Part shown: piece after piece, positions 13,750 through 25,830 of the stretch
Numbering within the stretch: position 1 is the first letter of the stretch
How the letters are laid out: every line of letters begins with the position of its first letter
Source of the DNA: Escherichia coli
GTDB lineage: Bacteria; Pseudomonadota; Gammaproteobacteria; Enterobacterales; Enterobacteriaceae
Strand: one strand, 5' to 3'
DNA length: 64,000 nucleotides
Assembly (NCBI RefSeq): GCF_044324875.1
Contig: NZ_CP172185.1
Notes under the pieces: generated by a model
The model's database searches: none
The model's input: the letters and a program-made list of their open reading frames with translations, nothing else
What the model was told of the DNA's origin: nothing
Program-made: the position numbers and the translations under genes

Positions 13750-14709
13750 TTAGCGCGCGTTACGCAGTTTTTGCAAACAACGCTTCAAACCATCATCCAT
13801 CGGCGCTTCGATACGCATCACCTCACCGGTCCCCGGATGGGTAAACTTCAACGCTGCGGCGTGCAGGAACAGACGATTTAATCCCGTGCCGGCTTCAGTG
13901 AGTTGTCTGTCAAATTCACGGTCACCGTAGCGATCGTCAAAGGCAATCGGATGACCCGCATACTGTGTATGCACACGGATCTGATGAGTACGCCCTGTTA
14001 CCGGGCTACAACGCACCAGGGTGGCAAATGCATAGCGTTCTTCCACTTTAAAGCGTGTTTCCGACGGTTTGCCTTCCTGACTGACACGCACGATACGTTC
14101 GCCGCTTTGCAGAATATTTTTCAATAACGGCGCTTGAACGCTCTTCACATGCGACTGCCACTGACCGCGCACCAGCGCCAGGTAATCTTTTTGCATCCCT
14201 TTTTCACGTAATTGCTCATGCAGAGAACGCAACGCCGAGCGTTTTTTCGCTACCAGCAACACACCTGAAGTGTCCCGGTCGAGACGATGAACCAGTTCAA
14301 GGAACCGCGCTTCCGGGCGCAACGCCCGCAAACCTTCGATAACGCCGAAGCTTAAACCACTACCGCCATGTACCGCCGTACCGGAAGGTTTATTCAGCAC
14401 CAGGATATGGTCATCTTCATATAAGATGACGTCCGCCAGCGCCGCCACCTTTTGCAGATGTGGCGAAACCGCCTCTTCTTCCCGTTCAGCAACGCGAACC
14501 GGTGGGATACGCACCTCATCACCCGCTTCGAGTTTATATTCAGGCTTAATACGTTTTTTGTTCACCCGCACTTCGCCTTTACGCAAAATACGGTAAATCA
14601 TACTTTTTGGTACACCTTTCAATTGGGTACGCAAAAAGTTATCGATACGTTGCCCCGCTTCGTCAGCGGTGATAGCAACAATTTTTACGGATGGAGTCTC
14701 TGTTTTCAT
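13750..14709 (-). CDS. rluC: 23S rRNA pseudouridine synthase C
   Basis: 319-aa ORF with S4 domain and RluA-family catalytic motif (HRLDRDTSGVLLVAK). Confidence 0.95.
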   Translation of the reverse strand: MKTETPSVKIVAITADEAGQRIDNFLRTQLKGVPKSMIYRILRKGEVRVNKKRIKPEYKLEAGDEVRIPPVRVAEREEEAVSPHLQKVAALADVILYEDDHILVLNKPSGTAVHGGSGLSFGVIEGLRALRPEARFLELVHRLDRDTSGVLLVAKKRSALRSLHEQLREKGMQKDYLALVRGQWQSHVKSVQAPLLKNILQSGERIVRVSQEGKPSETRFKVEERYAFATLVRCSPVTGRTHQIRVHTQYAGHPIAFDDRYGDREFDRQLTEAGTGLNRLFLHAAALKFTHPGTGEVMRIEAPMDDGLKRCLQKLRNAR

Positions 14710-15281
14710 GGTGGGCGATTCTAATTAGCCAACAGGATTCGCGCCACTCATTTTTCTATGCTTATATTTAGTTTTGCACCTTATTACTTCACTAGGTGAT
14801 CACTTTATTGATGGTTATTAAACCAATCACCAGCAAGAAGTGAAAAAACTGTGAGTAAGCGGGTGATAAATGGTAAAAGTCATCTTGCTATAACAAGGCT
14901 TGCAGTGGAATAATGAGGCCGTTTCCGTGTCCATCCTTGTTAAAACAAGAAATTTTACGGAATAACCCATTTTGCCCGACCGATCATCCACGCAGCAATG
15001 GCGTAAGACGTATTGATCTTTCAGGCAGTTAGCGGGCTGCGGGTTGCAGTCCTTACCGGTAGATGGAAATATTTCTGGAGAGTAATACCCAGTCTGTTTC
15101 TTTGATAATTGCGCTGTTTTTCCGCATGAAAAACGGGCAACCGACACTCTGCGCCTCTTTGAGCTGACGATAACCGTGAGGTTGGCGACGCGACTAGACA
15201 CGAGGCCATCGGTTCACACCCGGAAAGGCGTTACTTTGCCCGCAGCTTAGTCGTCAATGTAAGAATAATGAGTAAGTTACG
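14710..15281 (+). promoter_or_regulatory. rne promoter region and long autoregulated 5' UTR
   Basis: 572-nt non-coding leader upstream of rne; established knowledge that rne has a ~360-nt structured 5' UTR cleaved by RNase E; individual hairpins not mapped. Confidence 0.55.
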
Positions 15282-18200
15282 ATGAAAAGAATGTTAATCA
15301 ACGCAACTCAGCAGGAAGAGTTGCGCGTTGCCCTTGTAGATGGGCAGCGTCTGTATGACCTGGATATCGAAAGTCCAGGGCACGAGCAGAAAAAGGCAAA
15401 CATCTACAAAGGTAAAATCACCCGCATTGAACCGAGTCTGGAAGCTGCTTTTGTTGATTACGGCGCTGAACGTCACGGTTTCCTCCCACTAAAAGAAATT
15501 GCCCGCGAATATTTCCCTGCTAACTACAGTGCACATGGTCGTCCCAACATTAAAGATGTGTTGCGTGAAGGTCAGGAAGTCATTGTTCAGATCGATAAAG
15601 AAGAGCGCGGCAACAAAGGCGCGGCATTAACCACCTTTATCAGTCTGGCGGGTAGCTATCTGGTTCTGATGCCGAACAACCCGCGCGCGGGTGGCATTTC
15701 TCGTCGTATCGAAGGCGACGACCGTACCGAATTAAAAGAAGCACTGGCAAGCCTTGAACTGCCGGAAGGCATGGGGCTTATCGTGCGCACCGCTGGCGTC
15801 GGCAAATCTGCTGAGGCGCTGCAATGGGATTTAAGCTTCCGTCTGAAACACTGGGAAGCCATCAAAAAAGCCGCTGAAAGCCGCCCGGCTCCGTTCCTGA
15901 TTCATCAGGAGAGCAACGTAATCGTTCGCGCATTCCGCGATTACTTACGTCAGGACATCGGCGAAATCCTTATCGATAACCCGAAAGTGCTCGAACTGGC
16001 ACGCCAGCATATCGCTGCATTAGGTCGCCCGGATTTCAGCAGCAAAATCAAACTGTACACCGGCGAGATCCCGCTGTTCAGCCACTACCAGATCGAGTCA
16101 CAGATTGAGTCCGCCTTCCAGCGTGAAGTTCGTCTGCCATCCGGTGGTTCCATTGTTATCGACAGCACCGAAGCGTTAACCGCCATCGACATCAACTCCG
16201 CACGCGCGACCCGCGGCGGCGATATCGAAGAAACCGCGTTTAACACCAACCTCGAAGCTGCCGATGAGATTGCTCGTCAGCTGCGCCTGCGTGACCTCGG
16301 CGGCCTGATTGTTATCGACTTCATCGATATGACGCCAGTACGCCACCAGCGTGCGGTAGAAAACCGTCTGCGTGAAGCGGTGCGTCAGGACCGTGCGCGT
16401 ATTCAAATCAGCCATATTTCTCGCTTTGGCCTGCTGGAAATGTCCCGTCAGCGCCTGAGCCCATCATTGGGTGAATCCAGCCATCACGTCTGCCCGCGCT
16501 GCTCCGGTACCGGTACCGTGCGTGACAACGAATCGTTGTCGCTCTCTATTCTGCGTCTGATCGAAGAAGAAGCGCTGAAAGAGAACACTCAGGAAGTTCA
16601 CGCCATTGTTCCTGTGCCAATCGCGTCTTACCTGCTGAATGAAAAACGTTCTGCAGTGAATGCGATTGAAACTCGTCAGGACGGCGTGCGCTGTGTGATT
16701 GTGCCAAACGATCAGATGGAAACCCCGCACTACCATGTGCTGCGCGTGCGTAAAGGGGAAGAAACCCCAACCTTAAGCTACATGCTGCCGAAGCTGCATG
16801 AAGAAGCGATGGCGCTGCCGTCTGAAGAAGAGTTCGCTGAACGTAAGCGTCCTGAACAACCTGCGCTGGCAACCTTTGCCATGCCGGATGTGCCGCCAGC
16901 TCCAACGCCAGCTGAACCTGCCGCGCCTGTTGTAGCCCCAGCACCTAAAGCTGCAACGGCAACACCAGCATCTCCTGCACAACCAGGGTTGTTGAGCCGC
17001 TTCTTCGGCGCACTGAAAGCGCTGTTCAGCGGTGGTGAAGAAACCAAACCGGCCGAGCAACCAGCACCGAAAGCAGAAGCGAAACCGGAACGTCAACAGG
17101 ATCGTCGCAAGCCTCGTCAGAACAACCGCCGTGACCGTAATGAGCGCCGCGACACCCGTAGTGAACGTACTGAAGGCAGCGATAATCGCGAAGAAAACCG
17201 TCGTAATCGTCGCCAGGCACAGCAGCAGACTGCCGAGACGCGTGAGAGCCGTCAGCAGGCTGAGGTAACGGAAAAAGCACGTACCACCGACGAGCAGCAA
17301 GCGCCGCGTCGTGAACGTAGCCGCCGCCGTAACGATGATAAACGTCAGGCGCAACAAGAAGCGAAGGCGCTGAATGTTGAAGAGCAATCTGTTCAGGAAA
17401 CCGAACAGGAAGAACGTGTACGTCCAGTTCAGCCGCGTCGTAAACAGCGTCAGCTCAATCAGAAAGTGCGTTACGAGCAAAGCGTAGCCGAAGAAGCGGT
17501 AGTCGCACCGGTGGTTGAAGAAACTGTCGCTGCCGAACCAATTGTTCAGGAAGCGCCAGCTCCACGCACAGAACTGGTGAAAGTCCCGCTGCCAGTCGTA
17601 GCGCAAGCTGCACCAGAACAGCAAGAAGAGAACAATGCCGATAACCGTGACAACGGTGGCATGCCGCGTCGTTCTCGCCGCTCGCCTCGTCACCTGCGCG
17701 TGAGTGGTCAGCGTCGTCGTCGCTATCGTGACGAGCGTTATCCAACCCAATCGCCAATGCCGTTGACCGTAGCGTGCGCATCTCCGGAACTGGCCTCTGG
17801 CAAAGTCTGGATCCGCTATCCAATTGTACGTCCGCAAGATGTACAGGTCGAAGAGCAGCGCGAACAGGAAGAAGTACAAGTGCAGCCGATGGTGACTGAG
17901 GTCCCTGTCGCCGCCGCTGTCGAACCTGTTGTTAGCGCACCGGTTGTTGAAGAAGTGGCTGAAGTTGTAGAAGCCCCCGTTCAAGTTGCCGAACCGCAAC
18001 CAGAAGTGGCTGAATCGACGCATCCTGAAGTAATTGCCGCCGCGGTAACTGAACAGCCGCAGGTGATTACCGAGTCTGATGTTGCCGTAGCCCAGGAAGT
18101 TGCAGAACACGCAGAACCGGTGGTTAAACCGCAGGAAGAGACGGCTGATATTGAAGAAGTTGCCGAAACTGCTGAGGTTGTGGTTGCTGAACCTGAAGTT

Positions 18201-18467
18201 GTTGCTCAACCTGCCGCGCCAGTCGTCGCTGAAGTCGCAGCAGAAGTTGAAACGGTAGCCGCGGTTAAACCTGAGGCCACCGTTGAGCATAACCACGCTA
18301 CCGCGCCAATGACGCGCGCTCCGGCACCGGAATATGTTCCGGAGGCACCGCGTCACAGTGACTGGCAGCGCCCTACTTTTGCCTTCGAAGGTAAAGGTGC
18401 TGCAGGTGGTCATACGGCAACACATCATGCCTCTGCAGCTCCTGCGCGTCCGCAACCTGTTGAGTAA
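15282..18467 (+). CDS. rne: Ribonuclease E
   Basis: 1061-aa ORF; N-terminal catalytic domain (S1, DNase I-like, Zn-link CPRCSGTG) and Arg/Pro/Glu-rich low-complexity C-terminal scaffold. Confidence 0.98.
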   Translation: MKRMLINATQQEELRVALVDGQRLYDLDIESPGHEQKKANIYKGKITRIEPSLEAAFVDYGAERHGFLPLKEIAREYFPANYSAHGRPNIKDVLREGQEVIVQIDKEERGNKGAALTTFISLAGSYLVLMPNNPRAGGISRRIEGDDRTELKEALASLELPEGMGLIVRTAGVGKSAEALQWDLSFRLKHWEAIKKAAESRPAPFLIHQESNVIVRAFRDYLRQDIGEILIDNPKVLELARQHIAALGRPDFSSKIKLYTGEIPLFSHYQIESQIESAFQREVRLPSGGSIVIDSTEALTAIDINSARATRGGDIEETAFNTNLEAADEIARQLRLRDLGGLIVIDFIDMTPVRHQRAVENRLREAVRQDRARIQISHISRFGLLEMSRQRLSPSLGESSHHVCPRCSGTGTVRDNESLSLSILRLIEEEALKENTQEVHAIVPVPIASYLLNEKRSAVNAIETRQDGVRCVIVPNDQMETPHYHVLRVRKGEETPTLSYMLPKLHEEAMALPSEEEFAERKRPEQPALATFAMPDVPPAPTPAEPAAPVVAPAPKAATATPASPAQPGLLSRFFGALKALFSGGEETKPAEQPAPKAEAKPERQQDRRKPRQNNRRDRNERRDTRSERTEGSDNREENRRNRRQAQQQTAETRESRQQAEVTEKARTTDEQQAPRRERSRRRNDDKRQAQQEAKALNVEEQSVQETEQEERVRPVQPRRKQRQLNQKVRYEQSVAEEAVVAPVVEETVAAEPIVQEAPAPRTELVKVPLPVVAQAAPEQQEENNADNRDNGGMPRRSRRSPRHLRVSGQRRRRYRDERYPTQSPMPLTVACASPELASGKVWIRYPIVRPQDVQVEEQREQEEVQVQPMVTEVPVAAAVEPVVSAPVVEEVAEVVEAPVQVAEPQPEVAESTHPEVIAAAVTEQPQVITESDVAVAQEVAEHAEPVVKPQEETADIEEVAETAEVVVAEPEVVAQPAAPVVAEVAAEVETVAAVKPEATVEHNHATAPMTRAPAPEYVPEAPRHSDWQRPTFAFEGKGAAGGHTATHHASAAPARPQPVE

Positions 18468-18487
18468 AAATTAGCTCAAGCAATCAA

Positions 18488-18516
18488 GCCCTGGTAACTG
18501 CCAGGGCTTTTTTATT
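18488..18516 (+). terminator. Rho-independent terminator of rne
   Basis: Hairpin agccctgg-taac-ccagggct followed by TTTTTT. Confidence 0.7.
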
Positions 18517-18661
18517 TCATCTTTAAATCAACATATTAAAATTCATCGAATGGCATCCTTGCTAACCAACAATACAAAATAGGCAAAAAAATGCCCGCCC
18601 CGGCGATCCCAGAGCAGGCAGACAAAACATACCCAGTTTCATGATATGTTTTAAAGCGAGC

Positions 18662-19615
18662 TTATTTGTTGAGCTGGAACAGCGACAATCCCTGCATATC
18701 GGTAAATGCTTTATACGATGCCTGCAATGCCGTTTGCTGCATGATGTAAGATGAAATAGTTGCATTCCAGTCCACATCAACCAGATCGCTCATCTGCTGC
18801 GTTTGCCCTAAAGCGCGATCGCTACCTAATGAATCCAGCGACTCCAGTTCGTTCAGCTGCGTGCCTAATTCCGCGCGAACAGTCAGCACATTGTTCAGCG
18901 AGTTTTTCAGTCCGCGGTTGGTTTTATCCAGTGCCGCAGCGGCGGTTTCTTTATCCGCTTCGCTATCCGCGACCGGCGTTTTCAGGGCTGCGATGGCGCT
19001 ATCCAGCATGGCAAAAAGATTTGTTTCAGAAGCGCTACCGTCTGGTTCCGCTACCGCGTTGCTGGTAATACTGTCGAAAATTTTGTCACCCGTGTGCCCT
19101 ATCACCATCGAACGCGAAGCATCGACCTGTTGTTTAATACTTTCTGCTCCACCGACGTATTTCCCTTTCTCTTCGCTAAACGGCGCAGTCTCTGTTTTAT
19201 AACCGGCAAAAATGTAGCGCCCGTTACCGTCAGTGGTGTTCGCCAGATTCAGCAACTGGTCACGAAGCCCCTGAATATCCGTAGCCAGCGAGGCCCGGTC
19301 ATCGTCACTCAAGGTGCCATTGCTGGCGTAGACAATTTTTTCCTGAGCATTCTGGATAGCAGTGGTGACCTGGCTAAGTACACTCTCTTCCAGTGACACT
19401 TTTTGAGTGGCGAAAGTACGCGCCAGCGTGTACTGGCTGTTTTGCGCCTGTGCCTGGGAGAGAACAACAGCTTGTGATGCAGCAATGGGATCATCTGAAG
19501 GGTTAACGACTCGCTTACCCGTCGACATCTGTTCGCCGTACTTCATCCATTCTGCCTGAGAGTTGGTGATGCCGCGCATGTTTTGCTGGTACATCATCTG
19601 GGTACTGAAACGCAT
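18662..19615 (-). CDS. flgL: Flagellar hook-filament junction protein 2 (HAP3)
   Basis: 317-aa ORF with flagellin-like N/C heptad regions; last gene of the flg cluster. Confidence 0.95.
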   Translation of the reverse strand: MRFSTQMMYQQNMRGITNSQAEWMKYGEQMSTGKRVVNPSDDPIAASQAVVLSQAQAQNSQYTLARTFATQKVSLEESVLSQVTTAIQNAQEKIVYASNGTLSDDDRASLATDIQGLRDQLLNLANTTDGNGRYIFAGYKTETAPFSEEKGKYVGGAESIKQQVDASRSMVIGHTGDKIFDSITSNAVAEPDGSASETNLFAMLDSAIAALKTPVADSEADKETAAAALDKTNRGLKNSLNNVLTVRAELGTQLNELESLDSLGSDRALGQTQQMSDLVDVDWNATISSYIMQQTALQASYKAFTDMQGLSLFQLNK

Positions 19616-19626
19616 TTTATCTCCCC

Positions 19627-21270
19627 TTAGCGAATGTTAATCAGCGCATCAAAAATCGCGTTTGCCGTCTGCAGAACCTGCGCATTCGCGAGGTAATACT
19701 GCTGAAAACGTTGCAGATTTCCGTACTCCTCATCGAGATTGACACCGGAAATCGACTGCTGCTGATTGGAAAGCTGCGTCACCACATTACCTTGCGTGGT
19801 GCTACTGGTTTTCAACGTCGCGGTTTTATTACCGATATCACTCACTAACGAGGCATAAGCGTCGTTAAAGGATTTCGCACCGCCCACCGTTTTACTGTTG
19901 CTTTGCAGATCGAGCAGGGCCTGACCGTTGCGGTTGTCGCTATCACCCGCATCTTCTGCGCTCGCCATGGCGATTTTCGCTTCGTCGGTGATTAATACAT
20001 CCATGTTGACGATGGCGTCACTTACCGGTTTCAGTGTGAAGCTGTCGTTAACGGCAGGCGTTCCTGTTAACGTCAACTCCAGACCATCAAATGCCACTTT
20101 ACCGTTGGCATCCGGCGTCACCGTAAAAGTGGTATTACTGGCAAGGCGGGTGACCTGCCACTGATTATTATCGAACGAGATTTTGTAATCTGTCGCCAGT
20201 ACCGCGGAGGCATCAGTTACCGTTGCACCGATCGCAACGTCACCTTTGTTTTTCGTGTTTTGCAGAACCGCGGGCTTACCGATAGCAAAGAAATCTTCAC
20301 CAGCATCGCCGTTAGCATCAAATCCGGCTTTGTGTTGGGTGTTGAAAGCCTCGGCAAATGCCAGCGCCAGTTGTCCAAGCGTATTACGCGTCTGGTCAAG
20401 ATCCTGAGAACGGAATGTCAGAATGCCGCCCAGTGACCCGGAATTCAGTAATTTCTCCGGGATCTCAATATTGCCTGCCGTCCCATCAACATAAGCGACA
20501 GTCGTACGAGAAGGGTCGGCGCTGGAAGGAACTGCCGCAAGTTGCCGCGCCGTACTTCCCTGAACCAGTGAGTAGCCATTGGCCATCGTGATATTATAAG
20601 TGCCACCATCCTGAACGCTGACTTCTACGCCAACAATCTGGTTTAATTCGCTCACCAGTTGATCGCGTTGATCCAGCAGATTGTTAGGTGACGCCCCTGC
20701 CCCCACGCCTGTCAGGCGGGAGATTTGATCGTTCAGGCTGGCGATTTGTTTAGCGTAATTGTTGATCTGATCAACGCTGGCACCTATCGCGATATTGACC
20801 TGTTTGTCCTGGTCGCGCAGATATTGATCGGTGGTTTTAAACTGATTCACCAACCCTTCTGATTTCCCAATCAGCGCCTGGCGCGCTGCCGGGTCTTCCG
20901 CGTTACTCACCAGCGTTTGCAGGCTGGTGAAGAAATCCTGCATCTGTATTGCCAGCGAAGAGGTACTGGTGGAGAGCATATTGTCGATTTTCGACATCTG
21001 CTCATAGCGGGCAGTCAGGCCGCTACTTTGCGTCTGCGCCGCACGTAACTGGTTGGTAATAAACGCATCATACTCACGCTGCACACCAGAAACGTAGACG
21101 CCATTGCCAACCCAGCCGCCAGCGCCCAACGTGCTATTGGCCTGCGTCATAATAGTGGTTTGGCGGGTATATCCGGCAACGTTATAGCTGGAGATATTAT
21201 TACTTGCCGTATTTAACGCCGCCTGGGCCGCGTTCAGTCCGCTCATGGCGTTATTGATCAAGCTGGACAT
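19627..21270 (-). CDS. flgK: Flagellar hook-associated protein 1 (HAP1)
   Basis: 547-aa ORF; conserved N-terminal SLINNAMSGLNAAQ.. and C-terminal rod/hook family motif. Confidence 0.95.
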   Translation of the reverse strand: MSSLINNAMSGLNAAQAALNTASNNISSYNVAGYTRQTTIMTQANSTLGAGGWVGNGVYVSGVQREYDAFITNQLRAAQTQSSGLTARYEQMSKIDNMLSTSTSSLAIQMQDFFTSLQTLVSNAEDPAARQALIGKSEGLVNQFKTTDQYLRDQDKQVNIAIGASVDQINNYAKQIASLNDQISRLTGVGAGASPNNLLDQRDQLVSELNQIVGVEVSVQDGGTYNITMANGYSLVQGSTARQLAAVPSSADPSRTTVAYVDGTAGNIEIPEKLLNSGSLGGILTFRSQDLDQTRNTLGQLALAFAEAFNTQHKAGFDANGDAGEDFFAIGKPAVLQNTKNKGDVAIGATVTDASAVLATDYKISFDNNQWQVTRLASNTTFTVTPDANGKVAFDGLELTLTGTPAVNDSFTLKPVSDAIVNMDVLITDEAKIAMASAEDAGDSDNRNGQALLDLQSNSKTVGGAKSFNDAYASLVSDIGNKTATLKTSSTTQGNVVTQLSNQQQSISGVNLDEEYGNLQRFQQYYLANAQVLQTANAIFDALINIR

Positions 21271-21303
21271 GGAGGTTCCTTATAAGCCTTCAATTACAGA
21301 GTA

Positions 21304-21330
21304 TTATCGGCAGCGACCCGCCGGACTTGA
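21304..21330 (-). promoter_or_regulatory. Sigma-28 (FliA) class 3 promoter for flgKL
   Basis: Minus-strand TCAAGTCC-N11-GCCGATAA, perfect -10 for sigma-28, about 35 nt upstream of the flgK start. Confidence 0.6.
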
Positions 21331-21335
21331 GTTAT

Positions 21336-22277
21336 TCAGAACAGATTATCAATGTTCATGCTGTAGGTTTTGCTCACCTTGTCGCTTATCGATTTCATCT
21401 GCTGAATCATGTTGGTGAGTTTGCGGGCATAGTGAGGATCGGTGGCATAGCCCGCGTCCTGTAGGGCCTGCGCCCCCTGCTCCGCACTCGCGGCGGTCGT
21501 CACGGCGGCGTAGCGCGGGTTACGCGTTAACAGCCCAACGTAATCCGACAATGCTTCCAGATACGAGCTGTAGACCCGAAACTTCGCTTTTACTTTCTTC
21601 GCTTCGCCATTTTCATATTCAGTCGTGGTGATTTCAGTGACTGGCCCTTTCCAGTTGCCAGAGGCTTTGACGCCAAACAGGTTATAGCTCGGCTCGCCGT
21701 TTTCACGGCGGATTTGCCGTTGTCCCCAGCCAGATTCCAGCGCCGCCTGAGCGAGGATCAAATGATGTGGCACACCACTTTGCTGGCTTGCCAGTTGGGC
21801 TGGCAGCGAGAGTTGCGCGAGGAATGCTTTACTGTCACCCGGCAGCGAATCATCGTAGTTACGTGGTACGGCCTTTTGCACCAGCTGCGAAAGCGTCTGA
21901 TTTTGATAACGCACCACGGTTTCGAGCGGGAATTTCATCGGTGCTGCTGGCGTGGACTCCTCTGGCAATGGTTGTTCTGGCGTCATCTGTTTAACCATCA
22001 TCTCTGCCAGCCCCAGACCTTTGCCCGCCGTCATCTGTTGAGCAATCTGCTGGTCATACATACTGGTATACAGGCGAGTGTGCTCGCTGCTGAACAGGCC
22101 ATCTTTTGGTAAAGCGTCGCGCATGCTTTTCAACATCATCTGCACGAACATCCCTTCCACCTGGCGGGCCACCGGACGGATATTTGCCGCCGGATCTTCG
22201 CCCGCTTTCGCCTTAAGTTCGTTGAGCGATTGTGCATCCCAGGCCGCACTTGCCAGTAGTTTGCTGTCGCTGATCAT
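21336..22277 (-). CDS. flgJ: Flagellar rod-assembly protein / peptidoglycan hydrolase
   Basis: ORF 21336..22307 trimmed to MISDSKLL.. (313 aa); C-terminal glucosaminidase domain; start overlaps flgI stop (ATGA). Confidence 0.92.
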   Translation of the reverse strand: MISDSKLLASAAWDAQSLNELKAKAGEDPAANIRPVARQVEGMFVQMMLKSMRDALPKDGLFSSEHTRLYTSMYDQQIAQQMTAGKGLGLAEMMVKQMTPEQPLPEESTPAAPMKFPLETVVRYQNQTLSQLVQKAVPRNYDDSLPGDSKAFLAQLSLPAQLASQQSGVPHHLILAQAALESGWGQRQIRRENGEPSYNLFGVKASGNWKGPVTEITTTEYENGEAKKVKAKFRVYSSYLEALSDYVGLLTRNPRYAAVTTAASAEQGAQALQDAGYATDPHYARKLTNMIQQMKSISDKVSKTYSMNIDNLF

Positions 22278-23377
22278 CAGATGATTTCCAGTTTTGCCCG
22301 CAGACATCCCGCACTTTGCATTGATTGCAGTATGGACATCAGATCCATCGGCGTAGCGCCCAGCGCATTGAGCGCACGCACCACGTTATTGAGGCTGGCG
22401 CTGGAACGTACGCTTTGCAGCGAACCGCCGCTCTGGCGTAAATCGATCTGCGTTTGTGGAGTAACCACAGTCTGCCCACCACCAAACGGTGTATCTGGCT
22501 GGCTGACATTGGCCTGGCGATTAACTGTTACTGAAAGATTTCCCTGCGCTACCGCGCAGCTGTCGAGGGTCACTTCGCGATTCATCACCACCGAACCGGT
22601 GCGCGAGTTAATCACTACTTTAGCGTCCTGCGGGGTAACATTAACCTGCATATTCTGGATATCGGCAAGGAAACGGACCTGGGAACTGTTGCCACTTGGT
22701 ACGCGCACCTGAATAGTCCGCGCATCTAACGCGGTGGCGCTGCCATATCCACGCACGCGGTTGATGGTGTCAGCGATTTGCTGCGCCATGCTGAAATCTT
22801 CGTCGTTAAGTTGCAAATTAAGGGTATTCCCGACGCCAAACTGGCTGGGCAATTCACGTTCAATAACCGCACCATTGGTGATCCGTCCACCGTTCAGTTG
22901 GTTCACCTGAACACTGCTACCGCCAGCGGAGGCTCCTGCGCCGCCAACCAGAATATTGCCCTGCGCCAGCGCATACACCTGACTGTCAACGCCCTTAAGC
23001 GGTGTCATCAACAACGTACCGCCACGCAAGCTTTTGGCATTACCCATGGAAGATACCACCACATCGATGGTTTGCCCCTGGCGTCCAAACGGCGGAAGTG
23101 ACGCCGTCACCATTACCGCAGCGACGTTTTTTAGCTGCATATTGGTGCCCGTCGGAACGGTAATTCCCAGCTGTGAGAGCATGTTATTAAGCGTTTGTGT
23201 GGTAAACGGCGTCTGGGTTGTCTGGTCACCAGTTCCATCCAGCCCCACCACCAGGCCATAGCCAATCAGTGAGTTTTGCCTTACCCCCTGAACACTGGTG
23301 AGATCGCGAATACGCTCAGCCTGAGCCGCCGTGGTAACCAGTAAAAGAATTAATGCAGAGAGAAATTTAATCACCAC
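22277..23377 (-). CDS. flgI: Flagellar P-ring protein
   Basis: 366-aa ORF with signal peptide; start codon choice within first 2 codons uncertain. Confidence 0.95.
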
Positions 23378-23385
23378 AGCCTCAC

Positions 23386-24084
23386 TTACATTGGTGACAG
23401 GTTGAGGAAGAAACGCTGCAACCAGCCCATATTTTGCGCTTCGTTAATGTAGCCATTGCCTACGTATTCAATGCGCGCATCCGCCACCTGAGTAGACGGT
23501 ACGGTATTGCTGCCGCTGATAGTGCGTGGATTAACTACACCAGAGAAGCGAATAAATTCGGTACCCTGATTAATGGCAATCTGTTTTTCACCCACCACAT
23601 GCAGGTTGCCGTTAACCAGTACCTGGTCAACCGTCACCGTCAACGTGCCGCTAAAGGTATTGCTGGCATTGGCCCCGCCTTTTCCGTTGAACGTGTTACC
23701 ACCGGAGGCTTCGACATCGGCACGAGCGTTACCAAACAGCCCCTGCAAATAGCGCGGCACAGTATCAAAGCCAAAATTAGATTTACCGTCACGGCTGGCA
23801 TTCGCAGAGGAGCTTTTGCTGGCGCTGACGTTCTCCTGCAACACGATGGTCAGCGTATCGCCAATATTGCGTGGTCGACGATCTTCAAACAGCGGTTGAT
23901 AGCCATAGTTAATCGGCTGAGCAGACTGGAAAATAGAACCGTTGGCGACGGGCGTCGGACCGGGAACCGGTTGTGCACTGGTCGCCCCCTGTACCAGCGG
24001 CGTGGAGGGTATCCAGGCGCAGCCGGTTAGTGAAAGCACCAACAAGCTGGAAATGGCATAAGTATGCGCAGAGTTTTTTTGCAT
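23386..24084 (-). CDS. flgH: Flagellar L-ring lipoprotein
   Basis: ORF 23386..24099 trimmed to MQKN..; lipobox LTGC. Confidence 0.92.
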
Positions 24085-24136
24085 GGCTATCATCTTCAAA
24101 AATCAGTAAACCGGTGAATCTGCCACCGGTTATGCC

Positions 24137-24937
<801 letters not shown>

Positions 24938-25055
24938 TTAGTGACAAGCAGAGCAGAAGCACGCGACGGTGCGCATTTCCCCTCACCCTAACCTCTCCCA
25001 AAATGGGCGAGAGAATAGTCCGCGCGCTTTTATTGCAATGTCATCAATCGTTTAA

Positions 25056-25811
25056 TTAACTCATCGACAGCAGTTGGTTGGCACGGCCTGCGTTATCATC
25101 GACGCTGCTGATCACCTTCATCTGCATTTCAAAACGCCGCGCGCTGGCAATCATGTCGCTCATTGCCGCAACGGCATTGACGTTACTGCCTTCCAGAACT
25201 CCAGACATCACACGCAAGGTTGGATCTGCCTGCAGTACCGGCCCACGCGTGGCCTGGCTTTCCGCGCTTAAACGAAAAATGCCGTCGTCACCGCGCTGCA
25301 CTTCGCTGCCCGTGGCTTTCACCAGCTTCAGACGCCCCACTGGCGCAACCGTATTTGCCGGATCGCCCGGATTGAGCACCGAGATTGTGCCATCGGCAGC
25401 AATAGTGATTTCCGCCCCTTCCGGCACAGCAATTGGCCCAGCCTCGCCTATCACCGGATGTCCCTGAATTGTCAGTTGCCCGGTGGGATCAACCTGAATG
25501 CTGCCATTACGCGTATACCCTTCGCTGCCGTCAGCGGTCTGCACGGCCAGCCAGCCATCCTGCTGCAACGCAACGTCCAGCGGGCGCGAGGTGTAATCCA
25601 TCTTGCCGGGCGTCATGTCTGCACCCGGCGTTGACGCCGTTACCAGCGTGCGCGTGGGCAGTGAAAGCCCTTCCACCGGCACTGCGCGCAAGGCGTTTAA
25701 CTGCGCGCGAAAACCGGGCGTAGAGGCATTGGCCAGATTACTGGCGGTTACCGCCTGTTGATTCAACGTCTGGCTGGCTGCTCCCATCGCGGTATAAATT
25801 GCGTGATCCAT
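25056..25811 (-). CDS. flgF: Flagellar proximal rod protein
   Basis: 251-aa ORF, rod family. Confidence 0.95.
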   Translation of the reverse strand: MDHAIYTAMGAASQTLNQQAVTASNLANASTPGFRAQLNALRAVPVEGLSLPTRTLVTASTPGADMTPGKMDYTSRPLDVALQQDGWLAVQTADGSEGYTRNGSIQVDPTGQLTIQGHPVIGEAGPIAVPEGAEITIAADGTISVLNPGDPANTVAPVGRLKLVKATGSEVQRGDDGIFRLSAESQATRGPVLQADPTLRVMSGVLEGSNVNAVAAMSDMIASARRFEMQMKVISSVDDNAGRANQLLSMS

Positions 25812-25830
25812 TGAGCTATCCCGTCAGCGA

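Noticed and set aside
16773-18455. 560-aa minus-strand ORF antisense to the 3' half of rne, with smaller antisense ORFs nested in it
   Set aside because: It lies entirely inside the well-supported rne CDS. Its translation is low-complexity and rich in Cys/Arg/Phe/Leu, typical of the reverse complement of the repetitive Arg/Glu/Pro/Ala-rich scaffold region of RNase E. Chance ORF from compositional bias.
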